Source: Pseudidiomarina andamanensis (GTDB lineage: Bacteria; Pseudomonadota; Gammaproteobacteria; Enterobacterales; Alteromonadaceae). From it: a stretch of DNA of 32,000 bases. This document shows positions 9,636 through 17,126 of the stretch, in pieces (within the stretch, counting starts at the first letter, position 1; every line of letters begins with the position of its first letter). Location of the stretch: positions 1,260,001 through 1,292,000 of the forward strand of contig NZ_CP032551.1 of NCBI RefSeq assembly GCF_009734345.1, given 5' to 3'. Made by a program: the position numbers and the translations under genes. The notes beneath the pieces were generated by a model. It made no database searches and was not told the DNA's origin. It was given only the letters and a program-made list of their open reading frames with translations.

Positions 9636-11195
9636 CTTTTGTTTTTGCTTTTCGCTTTTCACTATTTCGCGGACGTCGGCGAGGAGTTGTTGGGCGTCGT
9701 AGATGATGCCATCTTTAATGGTGTAGCGAATGCCCTTCGTGCGCATCGGCTGATTATTTTCATCCAGCTTGTAGTGACCTGTCCCGTACAACACTTTGAA
9801 GTTCGCTAGAGGGTTCTCATCAACGATGATGAGATCCGCTTTCTTGCCCGGTACCACACTGCCAATTTCGTCTTCAAGACCAAGTGCTTCGGCGCCGTTT
9901 AAGGTCGCGGATTGAATGACTTCAAGGGCATTAAAACCGGCTTCGCGAAGAAGTTCGAGCTCACGAATGTAGCCGAATCCGTAAATTTTGTAGATATAGC
10001 CTGCGTCAGAACCTGTCGTTACCCGACCACCATGGTTTTTGAAATCGTTCAAGAAGGTCATCCACAGCTGGTAGTTTTTGCGCCATGCAACTTCTTCGTC
10101 GGTGGTCCAATCAAACCAATATGAGCCGTGCGCGTAACGGCTTGGCGTAAAGAATTCCCACAACTGCGGCAGCGTATATTCTTCGTGCCAAATCGCGCGG
10201 CGTTCACGCATGAGATCTCGGCTTGCTTCATAAATGGTCAGCGTTGGGTTGATGGTGAAATCAAGCGCAATCAGCTCATCACGTACTTTGTTCCACTGCT
10301 CAGAACCAGGCTCTGCCGCTTGCGCCCATAAGCGTCCTGCTTCGCGGAAACGATCCTGCTCGTTGTTGTAGTTATAGTCGGCTGGATAATTCTGAATACG
10401 CTGCCCAGTGAACAACGCTTCAGGTAAACCGTACCAGTGTTCCATGCTACCAAGGCCTAAGCGAGCCGAGTCAATCACGCTGGTGCGCACCACATTCAGC
10501 TGCGCATGATGCATCATGGTGCCTAGATTTTGCTTTTGAGCTTCATCTAGTGCTGCTGCCATCACTTTGGGCGTTGCTCCGAAGAACTTAATACCGGAGG
10601 CGCCTTGACGCTTGATGCTGCGCACCCAATCACGCGCCTGTTCGCCATTAAAAATCGGCTCTTCCGCGCCCATGCCGAAGCCGGCATATGGAATAATGCG
10701 TGGTGAAACAATGGCATTTTTCTCAGCTTGTTGTTGATGCCATTTGGTCCAATCTAAGCCGTTAAAACTGCCCGGTTCACGCACGGTGGTAATACCGTGA
10801 GCAAGCCATAGCTTGAGTACATATTCTGCTGGAATGCCTTCGGCTGAACCGCCAATGTGGCCATGCATATCAATAAAACCAGGCAACACGTACTTGCCAT
10901 GGGCATCAATTTCTTGGTCTTTTGGACCAGCAATTGGGCGTCCTTTATCTTTAATGGGTACACCTGGGTAACCCACGCTGACCACATTCACAATGCGATC
11001 ATCTTCAATCACGATATCCACAGGGCCTTGCGGTGGTGCCCCTTCACCGTTAATCAGCGTTGCACCGCGAATGATGAGTCGGTCGTATGGTCCGGCACCT
11101 TGCTCGCCGCGCTCAGGCGCTTTCGGCGGTGCTGCCTGTACCGTCGCGCTGAACGCGACTGAAAGGGTTAACATGCAAAGAAATTGGCGTATCAT
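9630..11195 (-). CDS. Secreted metal-dependent amidohydrolase-superfamily protein (substrate unknown)
   Basis: ORF 9630..11204 starts at a GTG. I prefer the ATG at 11195 (MIRQFLCMLTLSVAFSATVQA|APP), which gives a Sec signal peptide with an AxA site. It has the HxH metal motif FIDMHGHIG and later MHHAQ, SMEHWYG, TTGSDAG and GKKADLIIVD, all typical of the PF01979-type fold. Confidence 0.85.
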   Translation of the reverse strand: MIRQFLCMLTLSVAFSATVQAAPPKAPERGEQGAGPYDRLIIRGATLINGEGAPPQGPVDIVIEDDRIVNVVSVGYPGVPIKDKGRPIAGPKDQEIDAHGKYVLPGFIDMHGHIGGSAEGIPAEYVLKLWLAHGITTVREPGSFNGLDWTKWHQQQAEKNAIVSPRIIPYAGFGMGAEEPIFNGEQARDWVRSIKRQGASGIKFFGATPKVMAAALDEAQKQNLGTMMHHAQLNVVRTSVIDSARLGLGSMEHWYGLPEALFTGQRIQNYPADYNYNNEQDRFREAGRLWAQAAEPGSEQWNKVRDELIALDFTINPTLTIYEASRDLMRERRAIWHEEYTLPQLWEFFTPSRYAHGSYWFDWTTDEEVAWRKNYQLWMTFLNDFKNHGGRVTTGSDAGYIYKIYGFGYIRELELLREAGFNALEVIQSATLNGAEALGLEDEIGSVVPGKKADLIIVDENPLANFKVLYGTGHYKLDENNQPMRTKGIRYTIKDGIIYDAQQLLADVREIVKSEKQKQKR

Positions 11196-11221
11196 GGTAA
11201 GCACTCACTATTATTTTAATT

Positions 11222-11833
11222 ATGCGTTTTCGCAAGGATATCAGCGCCGTGGCTCAACAGCAATTACGCCGACAACTACTCGACGCACGCGCCAGTCTAT
11301 CTAGCGCAGCCCGCGATGAAGCGGCGTTGCAGGTAGGCAACCACTTACTACAGTTGCCCGAGCTGCAGCAGCCTTGCCAAATTGGCAGTTATTTTAGTGT
11401 GAAAGCTGAGCTGCCCACCCACGCGATCAACGAGCAACTCATGGCGCATAACCATCAATTGTCATTACCAATTCTTCACCCTTTTCGCGCTGGGCACTTG
11501 CTGTTTATGCAATTAAACCAAACCACGAAGTGGACGCATAATCGTTTTGGTATTCCGGAACCGGAATTAGATGTACGGCATGTCACGCCACTAGGGCATA
11601 TCACTATACTATTGGTGCCGCTGGTCGGTTTTGATGCGCACGGCAATCGCATGGGTATGGGCGGCGGGTTTTATGACCGAACTTTGAGTGCGTGGCGACA
11701 AGGCAGGGTTAACCTCATGCCGATTGGTTTGGCGCTGGATTGCCAGTACGTTGATGAATTACCGGTACAACCCTGGGATGTGCCTTTGCAAATGGTGATA
11801 ACACCCTCGAAAGTGTGGGATTTTCGAGCCTAA
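11222..11833 (+). CDS. ygfA: 5-formyltetrahydrofolate cyclo-ligase
   Basis: 203-aa ORF. The segments LPILHPF..G.LLF, IPEP..DVRHV, LLVPLVGFDAHGNRMGMGGGFYDRTL and WDVPLQMVITPSKVW parallel E. coli YgfA. Confidence 0.87.
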   Translation: MRFRKDISAVAQQQLRRQLLDARASLSSAARDEAALQVGNHLLQLPELQQPCQIGSYFSVKAELPTHAINEQLMAHNHQLSLPILHPFRAGHLLFMQLNQTTKWTHNRFGIPEPELDVRHVTPLGHITILLVPLVGFDAHGNRMGMGGGFYDRTLSAWRQGRVNLMPIGLALDCQYVDELPVQPWDVPLQMVITPSKVWDFRA

Positions 11834-11878
11834 AACTGTATAATAATCGGCCATAGACAACTGACTATGGATACCGTC

Positions 11879-12541
11879 ATGACCACCTCGCAAGACCAAC
11901 TGAAAAAGCAAGCCGCTGAAGCCGCCCTGAAATACATTCAACCGAACACAATTGTTGGTGTGGGCACCGGTTCCACCGTTAATTTCTTTATTGATGCCCT
12001 TGCCACGATGAAGCACGACATTGAAGCCGCGGTATCAAGCTCAGAAGCTTCCACCGAGCGTTTAAAAGCCCACGGCATTGAAGTGGTTGAGCTAAACAAT
12101 GTGGCTGACTTGCCGGTTTATGTTGATGGCGCCGATGAAATTGATGAGCACATGCGCATGGTCAAAGGTGGCGGTGGCGCATTAACCCGCGAAAAAATTA
12201 TTGCTGCGGTTGCTGATAAATTCGTGTGTATTGCCGATGAAAGTAAAGTTGTTGGTCGTCTTGGCTCATTCCCAATTCCCGTTGAAGTGATTCCAATGGC
12301 GCGTTCTTATGTGGCTCGTGAAATTGTGAAGCTTGGTGGCGACCCAGTTTGGCGCCAAGGGTTTGTGACGGATAACGGCAATATCATTCTCGATATTCAC
12401 AACTTTGATATCTTAGACCCTGTTCAACTTGAGCAACAATTGAATAGTATTGTCGGTGTGGTCACCAACGGTCTCTTTGCTAAACGTGGCGCCAATATTG
12501 CAATCATCGCAAGCCCTAACGGCTTGCAATTCATGGAGTAG
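11879..12541 (+). CDS. rpiA: Ribose-5-phosphate isomerase A
   Basis: ORF 11867..12541. I prefer the start at ATG 11879 ([33 protein letters not shown]) by alignment to E. coli RpiA (MTQDELKK...). The motifs DGADE and [11 protein letters not shown] are present. Confidence 0.93.
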   Translation: MTTSQDQLKKQAAEAALKYIQPNTIVGVGTGSTVNFFIDALATMKHDIEAAVSSSEASTERLKAHGIEVVELNNVADLPVYVDGADEIDEHMRMVKGGGGALTREKIIAAVADKFVCIADESKVVGRLGSFPIPVEVIPMARSYVAREIVKLGGDPVWRQGFVTDNGNIILDIHNFDILDPVQLEQQLNSIVGVVTNGLFAKRGANIAIIASPNGLQFME

Positions 12542-12543
12542 CT

Positions 12544-13800
12544 ATGAATACCTCGGCAACACCGCAAGTATCGCTTGCTAAAGAACGCATTCAAATATTG
12601 TTACTTGAAGGTGTGCACGACAGCGCCATTGAAGTACTCAAACAACATGGGTACACCAATATTAAGGCGCTCAAAACATCATTGAATGAAGATGAGCTCT
12701 GTGAAGCGATTAAAGACGTTCATTTTTTAGGTATTCGCTCACGCACACAATTAACCCCGAAAGTATTTGCTGCCGCCGATAAACTGGCTGCGGTTGGCTG
12801 CTTTTGTATTGGTACTAATCAAGTTGATCTTGAAGCAGCACGCGATAACGGCGTGGTGGTATTCAATGCCCCATTCTCAAATACGCGCAGTGTCGCGGAG
12901 CTTGTGCTCGCTGAAATCATCATGTTGCTGCGCCGTATTCCGCAAAAGAATGCCGTAGCGCACCGCGGTGGCTGGGACAAAGCAGCCAAAGGCTCTTTTG
13001 AAGCACGCGGTAAGGTACTTGGTATTATCGGCTACGGTCATATCGGTAGCCAATTGAGTATTCTTGCTGAGCAACTCGGCATGCAGGTGCGTTACTACGA
13101 TATTGAAACTAAATTATCACTTGGTAACGCATTGCAAGTGCGGCGTCTTGATGATTTGTTAAAGCAAGCAGATGTGGTAACTCTGCACGTGCCTGAAACG
13201 CCGCAAACGCAATGGATGATTGGCGCTGAGCAGTTGGCAAAAATGAAGCCTGGCTCGGTGTTAATTAACGCCTCACGCGGTACGGTGGTAAAAATCAACG
13301 CGCTGGCTGATGCCCTTAAGTCAGAGCATTTGGCTGGTGCTGCCATTGACGTGTTCCCAGTTGAACCGAAAGGCAATGATGAGCAATTTGAATCGCCTCT
13401 TCGCGGTATCGACAGCTGTATTTTGACACCTCACATTGGTGGCTCAACTGAAGAAGCTCAAGAAAACATTGGTATTGAAGTGGCGGGCAAACTGGTGCGT
13501 TATTCCGATAACGGCTCGACCTTATCGGCGGTGAATTTCCCGGAAGTTGCATTGCCTGCGCATGAAGGTTCGCGCCGCTTGCTGCATATTCACCAAAACC
13601 GACCAGGTATGCTCACGCGCATTAACCAAATATTGGCTGAACAGAACATCAACGTATCCGGTCAGTATCTACAAACCGACAGCAAGGTTGGTTATGTGGT
13701 CATTGATATTGAAACGCCACCGAAAAGTACCATCGCCGACGATTTACTCATTGCCATGCGCAATATTGAAGGCACGATTAAAGCGCGGGTGCTGTATTAA
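12544..13800 (+). CDS. serA: D-3-phosphoglycerate dehydrogenase
   Basis: 418-aa ORF. It has the NAD-binding loop GIIGYGHIGSQL and the strings NAPFSNTRSVAELV and LTPHIGGSTEEAQENIG. The C-terminal ACT-type domain ends ...GTIKARVLY, as E. coli SerA ends ...GTIRARLLY. Confidence 0.96.
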   Translation: MNTSATPQVSLAKERIQILLLEGVHDSAIEVLKQHGYTNIKALKTSLNEDELCEAIKDVHFLGIRSRTQLTPKVFAAADKLAAVGCFCIGTNQVDLEAARDNGVVVFNAPFSNTRSVAELVLAEIIMLLRRIPQKNAVAHRGGWDKAAKGSFEARGKVLGIIGYGHIGSQLSILAEQLGMQVRYYDIETKLSLGNALQVRRLDDLLKQADVVTLHVPETPQTQWMIGAEQLAKMKPGSVLINASRGTVVKINALADALKSEHLAGAAIDVFPVEPKGNDEQFESPLRGIDSCILTPHIGGSTEEAQENIGIEVAGKLVRYSDNGSTLSAVNFPEVALPAHEGSRRLLHIHQNRPGMLTRINQILAEQNINVSGQYLQTDSKVGYVVIDIETPPKSTIADDLLIAMRNIEGTIKARVLY

Positions 13801-13802
13801 TT

Positions 13803-13831
13803 AAAAAAGCCGATGCAGTGCATCGGCTTTT
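13803..13831. terminator. Bidirectional intrinsic terminator between convergent serA and phoU
   Basis: AAAAAA-GCCGATGCA-g-TGCATCGGC-TTTT. The arms are a perfect 9 nt, with an A-run upstream and a T-run downstream. Confidence 0.8.
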
Positions 13832-13847
13832 CATCTTAATATTTTGC

Positions 13848-14564
13848 TTATTGCTTGCCTTTGACCGTTTGTTCCATCGATTCTGGTGAAACGTGACGGA
13901 CATCTTTTCCTTTCACAAAGAAAATAATGTACTCAGCAATGTTCTGGCAACGGTCACCGATGCGCTCGAGTGAACGTGCTGACCACAGTACGTTCATCAC
14001 CTTTGGAATACCGCGTGGATCTTCCATCATATAGGTCATCAACTGACGTGTGAGTGCTTCATATTGACGGTCGGCTTGCGCATCCATTTGATGCACCTCG
14101 AATGCGGCGTTTAAATCCATACGCGCAAACGCATCCAGCACGCCTTGTAACATCGCTAGAACTTGCTGACCAAGATTCTCAAGGCTCACCAAAAACTGCT
14201 GCTGATCGTTGTTGAAGCTCTCTAATGCAACGCGAGCAATGCGCTCGGCTTCATCACCAATACGCTCAAGATCTGAGATGGTTTTGAAGATAGCAATAAT
14301 CAATCGCAAGTCGCTCGCCGCTGGCTGGCGTTTCGCAATGATCTGCACACAAGCTTCATCAATTTGTACTTCAAGTGCGTTAATTTTGTAATCGCGCTGA
14401 AGAATTTGCTCAGCCATTTCATGATCAGACTTCTCGATGGCATGCAATGAATCACGCAGTTGTTGCTCAACCAAACCACCCATATTGAGTACTTGGTTAC
14501 GAACCGCTTCAAGCTCTTCATTAAATTTACCGGAAATATGCCGGCTCATATTCATTTTATCCAT
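13848..14564 (-). CDS. phoU: Phosphate-signalling negative regulator PhoU
   Basis: 238-aa ORF. The N-terminus MDKMNMSRHISGKFNEELEAVRNQVLNMGG parallels E. coli PhoU. The duplicated E(R)IGD motif is present (LERIGDEAE, LERIGDRCQN). Confidence 0.96.
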   Translation of the reverse strand: MDKMNMSRHISGKFNEELEAVRNQVLNMGGLVEQQLRDSLHAIEKSDHEMAEQILQRDYKINALEVQIDEACVQIIAKRQPAASDLRLIIAIFKTISDLERIGDEAERIARVALESFNNDQQQFLVSLENLGQQVLAMLQGVLDAFARMDLNAAFEVHQMDAQADRQYEALTRQLMTYMMEDPRGIPKVMNVLWSARSLERIGDRCQNIAEYIIFFVKGKDVRHVSPESMEQTVKGKQ

Positions 14565-14576
14565 TGCCTGCTCCTA

Positions 14577-15395
14577 TTAACCGTAACGACCGGTAATGTA
14601 GTCTTCCGTTTGTTTTTGCGCTGGCGTGGTAAACAACGTATTGGTATCAGCGTACTCAATCAGTTTACCCATGTACATAAACGCTGTTTGATCAGACACC
14701 CGTGCAGCTTGTTGCATGTTGTGTGTGACGATAACCACAGTGTACTTTTCTTTCAGCTCGGTGATGAGCTCTTCGATGGTTAGCGTTGAAATTGGATCCA
14801 ATGCTGACGTTGGTTCATCCAACAACAATACTTCTGGCTCAATCGCAATGGCGCGCGCGATAACCAAACGCTGTTGCTGACCACCAGATAAGCCAAATGC
14901 TGATTCGTTGAGACGATCTTTTACTTCATCCCATAACGCTGCACCTTTAAGCGAGCGCTCAACCACTTCGTCAAGTGTACGACGGTCGTTTACGCCTTGT
15001 AAGCGCATTCCGTAAACCACGTTTTCATAGATTGATTTCGGGAATGGGTTCGGGCGCTGGAATACCATACCAACACGGCGACGCAACTCAGCAACATCCA
15101 CATTCTTGTCGTAGATGTTCTTGTCATGCAACAAGATTTCACCTTTCACGCTGCAAATTTCAACCAAATCGTTCATGCGATTAATGCAGCGCAATAATGT
15201 TGATTTACCACAGCCTGATGGTCCGATAAATGCGGTAACGCGATTCTTCGGAATGTTCATTGAGATATCATACAGCGCTTGAGCTTCGCCGTAGTGCAAA
15301 TTCAAATTGCGAATTTCTAACGCTGTTTGCTCAGGCGTCAAATTTTCTAAGTCTAACGACTCGACATTGCTAGCATTCGGAGTTACCGAAATCAT
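14577..15395 (-). CDS. pstB: Phosphate ABC transporter ATP-binding protein
   Basis: 272-aa ORF with Walker [10 protein letters not shown], signature LSGGQQQRL and Walker [12 protein letters not shown]. It lies between pstA and phoU. Confidence 0.96.
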   Translation of the reverse strand: MISVTPNASNVESLDLENLTPEQTALEIRNLNLHYGEAQALYDISMNIPKNRVTAFIGPSGCGKSTLLRCINRMNDLVEICSVKGEILLHDKNIYDKNVDVAELRRRVGMVFQRPNPFPKSIYENVVYGMRLQGVNDRRTLDEVVERSLKGAALWDEVKDRLNESAFGLSGGQQQRLVIARAIAIEPEVLLLDEPTSALDPISTLTIEELITELKEKYTVVIVTHNMQQAARVSDQTAFMYMGKLIEYADTNTLFTTPAQKQTEDYITGRYG

Positions 15396-15456
15396 AGTAG
15401 TTAACCTTCTGCCCTAAAATTTATAAACGCTTCACTATTAATCTGTGTTGTCACAA

Positions 15457-17112
15457 TTAATGTTCAAGCGAACGATATTTTTCACGTAAATGGTTACGCA
15501 CGCCTATCGCGGTTAAATTCAAACCAACAATGACGGTAACCAATAAGAATGAGGTGGCGTAAACCAATGGACGCGCTGCCTCAACGTTTGGACTTTGGAA
15601 GCCCACATCATAAATATGGAAACCTAAGTGCATAAACTTACGGTCTAAGTGGAAGTACGGGAAGTTCCCGTCCACCGGCAACATCGGTGCCGACTTCACC
15701 ACACCAACCAACATGAGAGGCGCTACTTCACCTGCAGCACGTGCTACAGCAAGAATCAAACCTGTCATAATTGCTGGCGATGCCATGGGTAAGATAATTC
15801 GCCACAAGGTTTCAGCTTTAGTTGCACCCAACGCCAAGCTCCCTTCACGAAGTGTGCTTGGAATGCGCGACAAGCCTTCTTCGGTAGAAACAATCACCAC
15901 CGGTAAGGTCAAAATCGCTAAGGTAATTGCCGACCACATCACGCCTGGCGTACCAAAGGTTGGGCTTGGCAACGCTTCTGGATAGAAGATTTGGTCAAGT
16001 GACCCGCCGACCATGTATACAAAGAAACCTAAGCCAAATACCCCATAAACAATCGACGGCACACCCGCGAGGTTGATCACCGCAATACGAATCAATCGCG
16101 TGACGGCGTTTTTACCCGCGTATTCGTGCAAATAAACGGCGGCGATCACACCAAATGGCGTCACAATCACGGACATCAACAACACCATGAAGACGGTACC
16201 GAAAATGGCTGGGAATACGCCGCCTTCTGTATTCGCTTCACGCGGGTCTTCTGATACAAATTTACCAATTTGTACGAAGAAGTGACCGATTTTGCTGAAC
16301 AAGCCCATATCATTCGGGAACGTCGCATCAAGCACACGATACATTGGTAGCTTCACTTCCATGCCACGCATGTCTTTCATAACAACCGTGTCGCGACTCG
16401 CAGCTTCGCGATATGCAAACAATTCCTTTTCAAGCTCTTTATAGGACTCGCGCAACGCTTGCTCTTCGTCGGCAATTCGCTGTTTTTCAGCCTCGGTCAA
16501 TTGACCTTCGAGTTCAAGTGCACGACTTTCTAGGCGCAACTGATTCAATTCGTAGTTAATTGCACCTATTGGGCCCTGTTGAAGCTCGCTGGCTTTTTCG
16601 TTGAGTTCAACAGCGCGTTCGATACGCTCAAATAGCACGTCTCGTAAATTGTCAGATGTTGCAACCGACTCACCGTTTTCGAGTACATCAACAACATAAC
16701 CGTAGAAGTTGCCGTCTTTTGAGCGCTCGATAACCGCGAGATTAGCTGGTGTTTCGTCGCGAATAATCTGCGGTTTCATTACCCACATAAAGTCGAGCGG
16801 TACAAATTCACGGTTACCCACTTTAAATAGTTGGCGTTCGAGTGTTTCACCCTCAAAACCTTCCAAAGTAACGCCAGATTCTTGTAGGCGTTCGATTGGA
16901 ATTTCCTCACGATCGTATACTTCACCGATAATCACTTGAGTACTACCATCATTGGCTCGTACTTCTACTTCGTGAATGGCTGCTGGCCAGAAGAATGACA
17001 AGCCTCGCCAAGCAATGAGTGCAAGTAATCCGAGTACGGCGATAAGGCTGACACTGACTGCGCCCGCGGTAAGCCAAATATACGGTTTTCCTGTTTTAAA
17101 CCATTTATTCAT
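15457..17112 (-). CDS. pstA: Phosphate ABC transporter permease PstA, long form (about 280 extra N-terminal residues including a coiled-coil)
   Basis: ORF 15457..17124 begins at a GTG. The ATG at 17112 (MNKWFKTGKPYIWLTAGAVS...) has a GAGGA SD 5 nt upstream. The C-terminal ~270 aa is a canonical PstA permease core. The long form resembles Pseudomonas-type PstA. Confidence 0.9.
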   Translation of the reverse strand: MNKWFKTGKPYIWLTAGAVSVSLIAVLGLLALIAWRGLSFFWPAAIHEVEVRANDGSTQVIIGEVYDREEIPIERLQESGVTLEGFEGETLERQLFKVGNREFVPLDFMWVMKPQIIRDETPANLAVIERSKDGNFYGYVVDVLENGESVATSDNLRDVLFERIERAVELNEKASELQQGPIGAINYELNQLRLESRALELEGQLTEAEKQRIADEEQALRESYKELEKELFAYREAASRDTVVMKDMRGMEVKLPMYRVLDATFPNDMGLFSKIGHFFVQIGKFVSEDPREANTEGGVFPAIFGTVFMVLLMSVIVTPFGVIAAVYLHEYAGKNAVTRLIRIAVINLAGVPSIVYGVFGLGFFVYMVGGSLDQIFYPEALPSPTFGTPGVMWSAITLAILTLPVVIVSTEEGLSRIPSTLREGSLALGATKAETLWRIILPMASPAIMTGLILAVARAAGEVAPLMLVGVVKSAPMLPVDGNFPYFHLDRKFMHLGFHIYDVGFQSPNVEAARPLVYATSFLLVTVIVGLNLTAIGVRNHLREKYRSLEH

Positions 17113-17126
17113 GGACATCCTCACGC

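Noticed and set aside
10993-11304. 103-aa plus-strand ORF bridging the amidohydrolase start and the ygfA start
   Set aside because: It is a shadow frame of the amidohydrolase gene, and it is out of frame with ygfA, whose own ATG at 11222 gives a full-length homologue.
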